A stretch of 64,000 bases of DNA, from assembly GCF_902713615.1 (NCBI RefSeq), contig NC_052146.1:183571469-183635468 (forward strand), read 5' to 3'. Positions within the stretch are counted from its first letter, which is position 1; every line of letters begins with the position of its first letter. Below the pieces are notes generated by a model. The model saw only the letters and a program-made list of their open reading frames with translations, was not told the DNA's origin and did no database searches. Made by a program: the position numbers and the translations under genes. The DNA is from Scyliorhinus canicula. Taxonomy: Eukaryota. Below are positions 36,842 to 48,356 of this stretch, piece by piece.

Positions 36842-37530
36842 AATGTTAACCGTAATATTATCAATCAATTATTTGTATAATCTATTAATACTGAATCTGT
36901 AGCATCAAATTTGACTAATTCATTCATTGTTATTTTGTAATAATGATTCTTTAAGAATTTTAATGATTATTGTTGAAATACTTGTTGCAATGGTAAGTTT
37001 CCATTCTATTGTTTAAATCTGCAATGACAATATGAATGAATTATTCTTTGCGCTTTTTACCTATCCTATCGCTTTAATGATATCTTTTATCTTATTCTGA
37101 TATATCTCACTTGATCTTTCGATTTATCAAAGGGGCGACTGTAGAAGTCAGATATTTTAAATACACTCTTTTTGATGCGGCGATAAATCCGTTCCGCTGC
37201 TTTGTGCGCTGATTGGCTCGCCTGAGCTGGCTTGCCCCTTGTCCCGTCTGCTTCTGGTTCCCCCTCTCCCTCTCCCTTGGCTCCCTTCTGGTGTTTTTTT
37301 CTCCCCCTTCCCTTTCATCTTTTCTTCTCCCCTTGTTTTTCTTTTCCCCCCTTTTCCGCACCCTATTTTTATTTTTATTGTCTCTTCCCTTTTTTCCCCC
37401 TCTCTTCCCTTCTTTCCTTCACCACAGAATTTTATTTATTTATTTCCCCCCCCCTTTTATGCAACCCCTCTCAGGTGGGATTACTTTGGATGGGAGAGAG
37501 TGTAAAAAGAGAGAAAATAATATATATACC

Positions 37531-38438
37531 TGTAGAAGTCAGGTATTTTAAATACACTTAATATAGGTAAGTTAAATCCCAGTTTTAAAATGAAAGAAAC
37601 ATACAACTTCCAAACTCAGACATGTGTTTGGGAAAAACAGAACCACTGATAAAAACATCACATTCTTTCAAGGACAGGGGCTAAATCCCATGGGCTGTAA
37701 GGTGGAATAATTAAAGGCTCCATTGTTCTGATTTCAGGCCACTTGTGATAACAGCCTGAACCACATTCCATAACGTATGCAAGCCGAAACATTTTAGACT
37801 GTGTCAAAAAACAGTTTAAATTATAGTATGATGAGATGACATAACGTCTTAATTGTTGCAGATAAGCAACAATTGGAAGTGGCGTTGCATCGTGAGGATG
37901 GACGGCTTGTTATCAAATCAAATGTGTTTTGAATATAGTTTAAACCAATTAGGATTATATTGGGGTGTGATCGGATCGCTTAAGACAGATATGAAAGAGT
38001 ATATCCATGGATGATTTGGCCACCATTTTAGAAAGAAAGAAAGACAGACAGAAAGACAGAGAGAAAGAGACAGGAAAGAGACAAAGAGAACAAGACAGAA
38101 AGAGAGAGAGAGAGAGAGAGAAAGTAAAGGAAGAGAATTAGAAAAGAGTTCTGTATTCCTATTTCATTTTCATACTTTGATTTCAGCCTTTGACTTTTAA
38201 AGTTGTGTTCAGGCTATTATCTCAGAAGATAATTCCTGTGATTCTTTGAAGAAAATCAAATTGTCTACAAACTACATTTTAAATCATTTTCAAGTTGTAA
38301 CCAATGAACTTCAAATAAAACAATTCTTATTTGCACCTGACAAGTTTTTAACTTGAATTTCTACTGAGTTTCAACAATGTCTCAACAACAACCGGCAACC
38401 GTAATGAGAATAAAACTTCAAAATCCTAAGATACAACA
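37531..38438 (+). repeat. LTR 3 (908 bp)
   Basis: About 4 substitutions and longer GA repeats relative to LTR 1; followed by TSD ATACC. Confidence 0.93.
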
Positions 38439-41400
38439 ATACCCCTCCCCCCTCTCTCTTTAACAGTTTTCTTTTGGGTTTTGTTTTTATAAAAGTCCTT
38501 TTTTTCTCCTTCCTTTCCCCTCACTCACCCAGGATAGAGAGAGAGAGAGGCTTTTGTCCAGCCTCTTTGTCCTTGCCTCGTGGTTGTTGCTGCAGGTTTT
38601 GGGGGGGGGTTTGGGTCGGTCCCCACTGCTCGGTCCGTTCGGGCTGCCGCACTTCGCACCCCGTGCCCTCCCGGTGGGGGTGGTTAGGTCGCTGGTCGCT
38701 GCCGCCGGCTGTGCTCCGCTTCAGTCCTGGCCGCTGCCGCACCGCTCCTGGCCTGCGTTTGGGGGGGGGTGGACCTGCCGCCGCCGCTGCTGCCGAACCG
38801 CTCATGCTGCCGCCGCCGAGGATCCTCCGCCGACAGGCTTGTTGGGGGGGGGGGGGGGGGTCCCTTCCCTGCTCTTTGCCGCTGCAGAGAGAAAGGCCCC
38901 GACTTCGTTACCCTGCGGGAGCCCCTCTCCGTGCGACCGCTGCGCTCGCCGACCGGAAGTCGTATCCAAGTGTGCTTTTAAATTGGAGGGCTGTGACTAG
39001 TGGTGTTCCGCAGGGATCAGTGCTGGGACCTTTGCTGTTCGTAGTATATATAAATGATTTGGAGGGAAATGTAACTGGTCTGATGAGTAAGTTGCAGACG
39101 GCACAAAGGTTGGTGGAACTGCGGATAGCGATGAGGACTGTCAGAGGATACAGCAGGATTTGGAGACTTGGGCGGAGAGATGGCAGATGGAGTTTAATCC
39201 GGACAAACATGAGGTAATGCATTTTGGAAGGTATAATGCAGGTAGGCAATATACAGTGAATGTTAGAACCCTCACGAGTGTTGAAAGTCAGAGAGATCTA
39301 GGTGTACAGGTCCACAGGTCACTGAAAGGGGCAACACAGGTGGAGAAGGTAGTCAAGAATGCATACGGCATGCTTGCCTTCATTGGCCGAGGCATTGAGT
39401 ATAAAAATTGGCAAGTCATGTTGCAGCTGTATAGAACCTTAGTTAGGCCACACTTGGAGTATCGTGTTCAATTCTGGTTGCACACTACCAGAAGGATGTG
39501 GAGGCTTTAGAGAGGGTGCAGAAGAGATTCACCAGGATGTTGCCTGGTATGGAGGGCATTAGCTATGAGGAGCGGTTGAATGAACTCGGTTTGTTCTCAC
39601 TAGAACAACGGAGGTTGAGGGGCGACCTGATAGAGGTCTACAAAATTTTGAGGGGCATAGACAAGAGTGGATAGTCAGAGGCTTTTCCCCAGGGTAGAGG
39701 GGTCAATTACTAGGGGGCATACGTTTAAGGTGCGAGTGGCAAGGTTTAGAGATGTACGAGGCAAGTTTTTTTACACGGAGAGTAGTGGATGCCTAGGACT
39801 CGCTGCCGGAGGTGGTGGAAGCAGGGACGATAATGACATTTAAGGGGCATCTTGACAAATACATGAATAGGATGGGAAGAGGGATACGCACCCAGGAAGT
39901 GTAGAAAATTTTAGTTTAGACAGGCAGCATGGTTGGCACGGGCTTGGAGGGCCGAAGGACCTGTTCCTGTGTTGTACTTTTCTTTGTTCTTAGTTCTTTT
40001 CTTATCTACACCCCCAAGGCCTTTTTCAACTCACTGGACAAACTGATTATGGCATTTGTGTGGGGAGGGAAGAATGTAAGTATCCCAAAGACAGTACTGC
40101 ACAGAACGAGATCCATGGGGAGCCTAGCCATCCCAAACCTGTAATATTACCACTGGGCAGCAACCGCGGAGAGGGTAAAAGGATGGATAAAGAGCCAGAA
40201 GCTGAGTGGGTGTTTATGGAGAAGGGCTCCTGCAGAGGAACCTCCCTCCGGGCCCTAGCCATGACGGCACTCACATCCCCACCTAATGAATATTCAACAA
40301 GCCCAGTGGTGGTTGCAACACTCTGGTCGCCGAACCAACTGCGACAGCTTTTTGGGCTAACCAAAATGTCCGACACGGCCCCCATCGGCAACAACCACAG
40401 GTTCACGCCTGCGACTATGGACACATCCTTCAAAAGTGGAGACAGGACGGGGGGGGGGGGGGGGGGGACACTGACAGTTACAAACCTTTATAATGCTCGA
40501 GGGACTGACAGAAAGATTCCAGCTGACGGGTGGGAAGAAACTAAGGTACCTACAGATCAAAAACTTCCCACAAAGGGAATCGAGGACGTATCCACGACTC
40601 CCACGACAATCACTGCTGCAGGATCTGCTGGACGTGGACATCCTTGGCAAAGGGAACTGTGGTGACATGTATGGGCGACTGCTAAGGGGGGCCAATACCC
40701 AACTGAATGAGACGAGGGGGAAGTAGGAGGAGAACTTGGGGTTTGAAATAGGGTGGGGACTCTGGAGCGAAGCATTGCATGTGGTCAACCCCACCTCCAC
40801 ATGCAGAAGGCTAAGCCTAATGCAGCTAAAAGTGGTACACAGAGTCCACTTAACCAGAACTCGAATGAGCAGGTCCTTCCCGAAGGTGGAGGAAAGATGT
40901 GAACGGTGCCCGAACCACGGCCACCTGTTCTGGTCTTGACCCAGACTTATTGGGCTTGGGACAGCCTTCTTTGAAGCGATGTTCAAGGTTTTGGGATGAG
41001 GGTGGAGCCGTGCTCGAGAGTGACGGTCTTTGGGGTATCAAAACAGCCTCTTCATGGGGAGGAGGGCCGACACCCTTGCCTTTGCATCCCTAATCGTCTG
41101 CCGAAGAATCCGGCCGGTCATCAGCAGTGCCACCCAGAGCTGCAGACTGGCTGGCAAACCTATCAGAATTTCTCCAAATGGACAAAATTAAATTTGCCAT
41201 TCGAGGGTCAGAGGAGGGCTTCCACAAAACATGGGAGCCATTCACTTGGTTGTTCCAAGACCTGTTTGTAGCCATTGACTAATCAGTCAAAAAAACAGGA
41301 GAGGGTATCCACGACACAGCGAGGGGGGGGGGGGCGCGGGGGAGTGAGAGAGGGGAACAAAAGCAGCATGAGAAGCAGCATGACACCAACACAATAGGAG

Positions 41401-42059
41401 CAGAGTACAAGTACAGATAGGGAAGAAGACGAGTTAAATGACCAAGGGGAAGGAGGCATCGGAAAAGGATAAGAGGGAGGGGAGCAGGGGAAATAGCCAG
41501 AACCAAAAAAAAGCTAATGGGGATCGAAAAACAGGAAATTGTATCCATCACTGTAAATGATGCAAGAAGAAGAACGGCGATGTATGTATGTAACTAGTTG
41601 AAACCGACCGACATGTAAATATTTTAAGTTATCCTCTGTCTCCTCCTGGTTTGTCCACGCTTAACCTTGTTTTATATACCACAAAAAGCTCAATGAAAAC
41701 ATTTTCTTTTTTAAAGTATAACTCGAACCTTGGACTGGATATCCCATAGAGAATCACAAAAAGAGCAAGGAGTGAGAAACAATAACCCAAATTACCAGAC
41801 TCCACCACTGGGTAAAACAGCCAAAGAAGGAGGCCCATATCAGGAGAAAATTCTACCTTCTCAGTTTTCTACTTTCTTAAAATCCATTGTCAGAACCTAT
41901 TCTTCAAATACTTTCTCTTAAATGTAGGCCTCTGATTGCACTAACCCCAATTGACTGGTACCATTCCTGAAATTTCCTTGTGCTTGTTTGAGCAAAGGGA
42001 TTTCTTTAACACACCAAATCACTGCCTGCATACAGCTCTGTACATACAGCATCTTCTGA

Positions 42060-42660
42060 ATCACTGTCTTGGACACGATTCACCCAAACATGACGAAGTG
42101 TCATTTTCGGCGAGATTCGCTGGGTGTAAGGAGCCAGCTACAATGGTGAGATCGAGACCGCTTATTCACCCACACTTAGTGCACAAAGCGAGCCCTCACG
42201 TGAAACCCACTATGCATATCCCACCTCTTGAAGTCCCCCTTCATCTGCTCCACCAGCCGAGTTAAATTCAACTTGTGTAGCTGTGCCCAACCCTGCATTA
42301 CCTGAATGCCCCAGCTCTCTGATTCGCCCGACTTGTGCCTCAGCTGTTCACAGCTAACAAGGGGGCATCATTGAAACAGTCCGTCAGCACTCCATTCCAG
42401 TCAAACTAGGAGAATGACATTACGGAGATCTGCTCCTCGCGTTGGGAATGCCAACCTGGCCAGGCATTTGGACACTGTGGATGAGAAGCAGGGCATCCTG
42501 TATCTCGAGGGGGTAGGAGAACCAGCAGCACGGTGACCGCTGCCGCCTTGCAGCTGTGGTAAGTGCAGGAAGCACAATCAGGAGGACCACCGTCCAATGT
42601 AGGAAGAAGATTAATGACCATGCAACCTGTACAGGTAAGTTGCCATCTCTCACCTCCTGG
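42060..42660 (+). mobile_element. Harbinger remnant with a Myb/SANT-like exon
   Basis: Degenerate APR..NANLA..LD.V...RRTTVQCRKKIND followed by a GTAAG donor. Confidence 0.55.
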
Positions 42661-42789
42661 CACCAATGTGTGGTAAAATGGCCAAAGGCATGAATTTTAG
42701 GCCCAACACAAAATCGGACTCTTCATATTAAGAACTGGACATTTTAGATTAAAACCACAGTCAGGACCACAGACTGGTCCGATGGGAAG

Positions 42790-45700
42790 ACAAACAGCCA
42801 AACTCAAATACCCCGTTTTAACCCCCTTACCCTTCCCCCTTCTGCTGACTTCTCAATCCTCCTTAAATGAACGGCTTCCATCTCTGAATGAACTCATCAA
42901 CTGACCCCCTAAGGATGAACTTGACCTTCTCCAGCCTCAGAAATTCTGCCAGGTCGCTCACCAACACCCCCGCAAACCCCTGCCAGAACCCCTTTAGCTT
43001 CGGACATGCCCAGAACATGTGGATGTGATTCACGGGCCTCCCCGCGCACCACCCACACTTTTCCTCTACTCGCTAAAAAAACCTACTCACGCACGCTACC
43101 GTCATACGTGCCCTGTGAATTGCTTTAAACTGAATGAGGCTTAGCCTCAAACACGACGAGGATGCGTTTACCCTCCGCAGGGCCTCAGCCCACATCCCAG
43201 CCTCCATCTCCCCTTCCAGCCCCTCTTCCTACTTACGCTTTACATCCCCCACTGTGGCTCCCTCCCACTCCATCAGCTCCTTGTAGACGTCAGACACCTT
43301 CCCCTCCCCTATCCCCCCCTTCGACAGCACCTTGTCTTGCAACCCCAAGGGTGGCAACCTGGAAAAGGACGTCACCTCTCTCTTCACAAAATCCCGAACC
43401 TGCAGGTACCTGAAACTGTTCCTCCTGGGCAACTCATACTCTTCCTTCAGATCCTCCAATTTCACAAAACTGCCCCCGACAAACAGATCGCTGAATCGCT
43501 CAATCCCTGCCTGCAGCCACACCCAAAATCTCGAATTCAGGCCCACGGTGCAAATCTATGATTGTCACAGATCGGTGCCCACCCCGAGGCACCCCCCAGT
43601 CCCAAATGCTGTCTCCAATTCCCCCACACCCACAAGGTCAACACTACCACTGGGTTCACGGAGTGCCTAGCCAGCGGGAATGGCAGTAGTGCTGTTAACA
43701 ATGCCCTTAAGCTCTTTCCCCTACAAGAAACCACCTTCATCTGCCCCATGCCGACCCCTCCCCCACTACCCACTTCCTAACCATAGCAATGTTGCCCCCC
43801 CCAGCCAGTCCCACTTCCTTGCCCCGCTCCAAAAATGCCTTCTTGACCCACGGGGCATTCCCTGCATACACAAACCCAGAGATCAGCACATTAACCTTTT
43901 TAAAGAACAATTTCCAGACAAAGATCGGAAGGTTCTGAAATAAGAACAGGAACCTCTACAGCACCGTCATTTTTACTGTCTGCACCCGTCCCACCGACAA
44001 TGGCAGCATATCCCACCTCTTGAAGTCCCCCTTCATCTGCTCCACCAGCCGAGTTAAATTCAACTTGTGTAGCTGTGCCCAACCCTGCATTACCTGAATG
44101 CCCAGGTACTAAAACATGGCCCCACTACCTTAAACGGCAGCTCTCCCAACCTCCTCGCCTGCCCTGTGGTCTCAATCGTGAACACCTCGCTCTTTCCCAT
44201 GTTCAACTTGTACCCAGAGAACAGGCCAAAGTCCTCAAAAATCCCCATAATGCCAGCAATGCCAGCCATAGGTCCGAAATATATAACAGGTCGTCCGCAT
44301 ACAGTGAAACCCTGTGCTCGATGTCACCCTGTACAATCCCTCCCCAATCCCTCGACGCGCCATTGCCAATGGCTCTATTTCCAAGGCAAGGAGGAGACCC
44401 GCGATAAAGCCCAAAATATCCCAAACTAACCTGGTTTATCTGGTGCCTTGTACAGCAACCGGATCCTGTGCACAAACCCCTGCCCGGACCACCCCAGCAC
44501 CTCCCACAGATATTCCAACTCCACCCGGTCGAACGCCTTCTCCGTATCCATCGCCACTACCACCTCCACCTCCTGCCCCTCTGGAGGCATCATAATTACA
44601 TTGAGCAGCCTCCTCACATTCGCCGACAGCTGTCTCACTTTCACAAACCCCGTTTGGTCCTTGCCGATCACCCCCAGGACGCGAAGCCAACACCTTCACC
44701 AGCAACTTGGCATCTACATTCAAAAGCGATATCGGGCGGTATGACCCACAATGCTCCGGACCCTAGACCTTTTCCAATATCAAAAAGATGGATGCCTGCG
44801 ATAGCGTAGGAGGGAGTTCCCCCCTCTCCCTAGCCTCATTGTATGCCCTCACCAACAGTGGTCCCAGGTTGCCCCCATATTCTTCATCACCTCCCTCAAA
44901 CCAGTAGGGGCCCCATTTCCTGCACCAACTCCTGGGAAACTCCAGCCCATCCAGGAATCACCGCATTCCCCCCCCCCCCCCCCCCCGGTCCGGGGGCTAC
45001 AACTCATAATCTCCTGATAGAAATCTTCAAACACTCCATTCATCCCCTCCAGATCCAACACCACCCTTCCCATTTTGTCCTTTACTCTGCCAGTCTCCCT
45101 CACCACCTCTTGCTTCCTCAGCTGGTGGGCCCGCTTCCTGCTCGTCTTCTCACCATATTCATATACTGTACCTCTGGAGCTGCCTCACCGGCTTCCTTAT
45201 GGACACTAATCCGAACTCCAACTGGAATCTCTGCCTCTCTTTCAACAACCCTGCCTCCAGGCCTCTGAATACCTCCTGTCCATTCTCAAGATCTCCTCTA
45301 CCAGCCTTGCCATCTCTGCCCACTCCGCCTTCTCCTCAAGCGCCTGAATTAAAATAAACTCCCCCGAACCACCAGTTTGAGTGCCTCCCACAATTTGGTA
45401 GCCATGGCCTTCCTGTGCCACGAGCTTCACATACCCCCGAATGGCAGCCCTCACCCGCTCACACACCCCATCTGCCAATAGCCCCACATCCAGCCTCCAC
45501 TGCAGCTGCTGTCTTCCCCCCCATCCTGTCCACTCGCAAACCCACCCAGTGCAGCATGAGGTCGGAGATCACGATCACCGGAGTCAACTGCCCCCGCCAA
45601 CAAAGCCCTGTCCACCACAAGGAAGTCAATCCAGGTAGATACCAGGTGCACATGGGAGAAATATGAAAAATTCTTTTGCTCTAGGTCTCCCAAGCCTCCA

Positions 45701-45870
45701 TGGGTCCATCACCCCCATACACTCCCTAAAGCTCCTTCGCCAGTGCCGACACCTTCCCCGACCTTGAGCTCGGCCGGTGCAAGCTTGACTCTATAACCGG
45801 ATTAAATTCCTCCCCATGATCAACCGGTGCGAGTCCAAGTCAGGAATCTTTCTCAGCACCCGCCTCATGA
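42790..45870 (-). mobile_element. Old L1/Tx1 ORF2 remnant
   Basis: DQTGFVK, MDTEKAFDRVE, VSLYADDL, IDF motifs on -. Confidence 0.8.
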
Positions 45871-45927
45871 AGTCTCATGAAGGTCCACAGAGATTTGAAG
45901 ATTTTTCAGACAGCAAAAATTAACAAC

Positions 45928-46440
45928 ATGGAGTCGTTGAAGCCATAAATGAGTCTCCGATTTCTTGGTAATGTGGACAGCATTTGCCGTGTGTTTAAAC
46001 AACAATTTAATTTGTTTCTTACTGCAGTAAATTTAGGAGATCAATCAGATTTGTGTAAGGTAGCGATGCATCCAACAGCCGCAGGGTCCAAGGCAACTGC
46101 TGTGTTTAATACGTTTAAATTTCAAACGATAACGATAGTGAAAATTTTAACAAAGTAATTAGAAGATTTGATGAACATTGTACCCCTAAAAAGAATGAAA
46201 TTTATGAATTCTATGTATTTAGATCACAGAAGACAGAAGAGTCCAGAGAACATTTCATCACTGATTTAAAGTTAAAAGATTCGGAAGCAAATTGTGTTTG
46301 GTTTGAATGAAAATAAGCTGAGGGAACAGTTGCTGAGGGAATCGGAACTGTCCTTGGAACAAAGGGTTAAAATTTGTCAGGCTCACAAGCTAGCAGTACA
46401 GCATTCTAAAATGTTCTCAGTAATGGCGGTGTCTTCTTGA
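45928..46440 (+). mobile_element. Gypsy LTR-retrotransposon gag remnant
   Basis: FLGNVDS..VFKQQFNL..KVAM..AG; FDEHCTPKKNE; QIVFG..LREQLLRE..L..ICQA. Confidence 0.65.
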
Positions 46441-47455
46441 AGGAAAGCACTCCGGTTTCCGCCCTTTTTCCAAAAAGGCAGGACACTTCTGAAAAAAGGC
46501 GGGAAACTTCCTGCAAGTGGGGGGGGGGGGGGGGGGGGGGACTCTGATTGAGCCCACTTCGCCAGCAACTTAGTTTTTTAAGATCAAAGTGTAATATTCA
46601 AAGGCCATTCGAGGATACAAAGGTTAGAATGGACCCCCCACCCCTCACCCCGGCAGTGCCCAGGAGACATGAGAGTGGGCAGTGCGCAGTCATAACCCCC
46701 TCCCTGAAGCAATACACCCACCTGAGTACCTCTGGGAGATCTGCCCGACAGGCGCGTCCCATGGAATGCCAGTTATAATTCATTCCGGGGTACCCTCACA
46801 CTGACAAGAATGAATTATCCTATCCATCAGGATGGGAGGAATGATCAGGCATAGATTCCCATGAATTACATTCAAATTTATTATCATGGGAGTCCCTGAC
46901 ATTGAATGGTGGGATTCTCATGACGTCACTTGCAGGGTTCGCAACAAGGTAAAACGCAATTTGGGCCTCTCATGAGATTCTGCTCCTGTCACCAAATCCA
47001 CCCGAACCGAACAGGAGTGGGAACCTCGGCCCGAGACTCTAACAGTGTTAAGGGATTATGGGGAGACCGTGGGAGTATGGCAATGAGATGGAAGATCAAC
47101 CATGACTGCATTGAAACTTCTGCTCCACTTTTCTACGTTTCTAGTCAAGAATTAGAACACAATAAAAATTCATACAATCCCCTTAGCCACCATGAGAAAA
47201 GTAGATAGGAAAATCTACTGGAGGTCACTGTTTCTGGAATTGTGAGTAGTTTGATGCTGCATTTCATCTATCCCCAAAGGACCTAAACACAAGATCAGTA
47301 TATTTAGGGGGAACAATGTTTCTGCATCATACTTTAAAGGTTGATTTTCTCCATCCAATGGAATCCATAGAAACTTTGGGAGACTCCACTAAAATTTAAA
47401 TAAAAGCAAGCTGGCAAGGTATAAAACAGAAACTGAAGTTGAAAATTCCTTCGGA

Positions 47456-47931
47456 AAGAGGCCGGTGTGCTGGCCTTTGCGTCCCTAGTAGCCCGGCGAA
47501 GGATTTTGCTACAGTGGAAGGACGCGAGGCCCCCAAGCATGGAGACCTGGATCAATGACATGGCGGGCTTCATTAAGCTTGAGAAGGTTAAATTCGCCCT
47601 GAGAGGATCGGTGCAAGGGTTCTTTAAACGGTGGCAACCTTTCCTCGACTTTCTGGCTCAACGATAGGGTACTGGGACAGTAGCAGCAGCAACCCGGGGG
47701 GGTGGGACGTTGATTATGTTAGCTTATTTTATTTAAATTTGATTTATCTAATTTTAATTTTTGGTTAAGTTCTCTTGTTTGGGGGGGGGGGGTATGTGAT
47801 ACATGTGATGTTACGGTATGGGGGGAATTGTGGGTATTATGGGGCTGTTAGTTGCATATTACTGCTTTTTGCTATACTTTTTGTTATATTTTCTGTAAAA
47901 AATTCCAATAAAAATTATTTAAAAAAAAAAA
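47456..47931 (+). mobile_element. Young 5'-truncated L1/Tx1 3' end with polyA
   Basis: Perfect 15-bp TSD GAAAATTCCTTCGGA at 47441-47455 and 47932-47946; ORF2 C-terminus, AATAAA, A-tail. Confidence 0.9.
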
Positions 47932-48266
47932 GAAAATTCCTTCGGAGAAAATACAGGCAATAGCTGGCTTTCTATAGGTCAGGGTTTATTACACTGAAAA
48001 TACATGCAGGTACATAAAGACATACAGCAATATCGCTTTCATATTCTTCAAGTTCAGTGTTTGACATTTCTATTTAGCTTTAGAGGCAGCAACAATAATT
48101 TTTCTGAGTAGGTCATGCATTTAACATTTGTACAACATGATTTCGATAAGAAAATAAAGGCAAGAGTTGCTATTAGTATACAACTTAAAAGCACAGTGGG
48201 AGCTTTCAGTTAACATATTAAACAGACGTGATCCAAATGTAAATTAATCTGCTGCAATGCAGAAAT

Positions 48267-48356
48267 TCAGTTGTTTGATGGTCTGCACATCATCTTTATC
48301 AGAGACGTTTCTCCTTTCCAAGGGACTGAATAAACATCAAAGTTGCAAAATGTTCT
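48267..48356 (-). CDS. Cystatin gene 2, exon 3 (terminal)
   Basis: TTTCAG acceptor; RTFCNFDVYSVPWKGETSLIKMMCRPSNN*; flanks align to 3228-3680. Confidence 0.9.
   Translation of the reverse strand, partial: RTFCNFDVYSVPWKGETSLIKMMCRPSNN

Larger units (their letters stand above)
18341..38438 (+). mobile_element. Tandem endogenous retrovirus array (LTR-gag-pol-env-LTR-gag-pol-env-LTR)
   Basis: Three TG..CA LTRs, two PBS, two PPT, 5-bp TSD ATACC at 18336-18340 and 38439-38443. Confidence 0.95.
13474..38967 (-). mobile_element. End-to-end L1/Tx1 (L1-B) with internal deletions, interrupted by the ERV array
   Basis: 12-bp TSD AAGTGTGCTTTT at 13462-13473 and 38968-38979; 5' end GACTTCCGGT with CpG-rich 5'UTR; ORF1, EN, ORF2 C-terminus and polyA in order. 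Confidence 0.88.
11504..40003 (+). mobile_element. CR1 LINE (CR1-B), split into 11504-13473 and 38968-40003
   Basis: APE endonuclease (11582-12310) and RT N-half, resuming with GVPQGSVLGP after 38980; CR1 3' tail; TSD ATCTA at 11499-11503 and 40004-40008. Confidence 0.88.
6130..41710 (+). mobile_element. Old L1/Tx1-type LINE (L1-A), outermost host; pieces at ~6130-6642, 8520-8785, 10133-11503, 40004-41710
   Basis: Collinear ORF2 pieces (EN end, ...FWEALKAAIRGEII, SLDTEKAFDRV, ADDLL, KFLFLFRSFPI | YTPKAFFNSLDKLI, LKVVHRVHLT) across the inserted elements. Confidence 0.8.
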
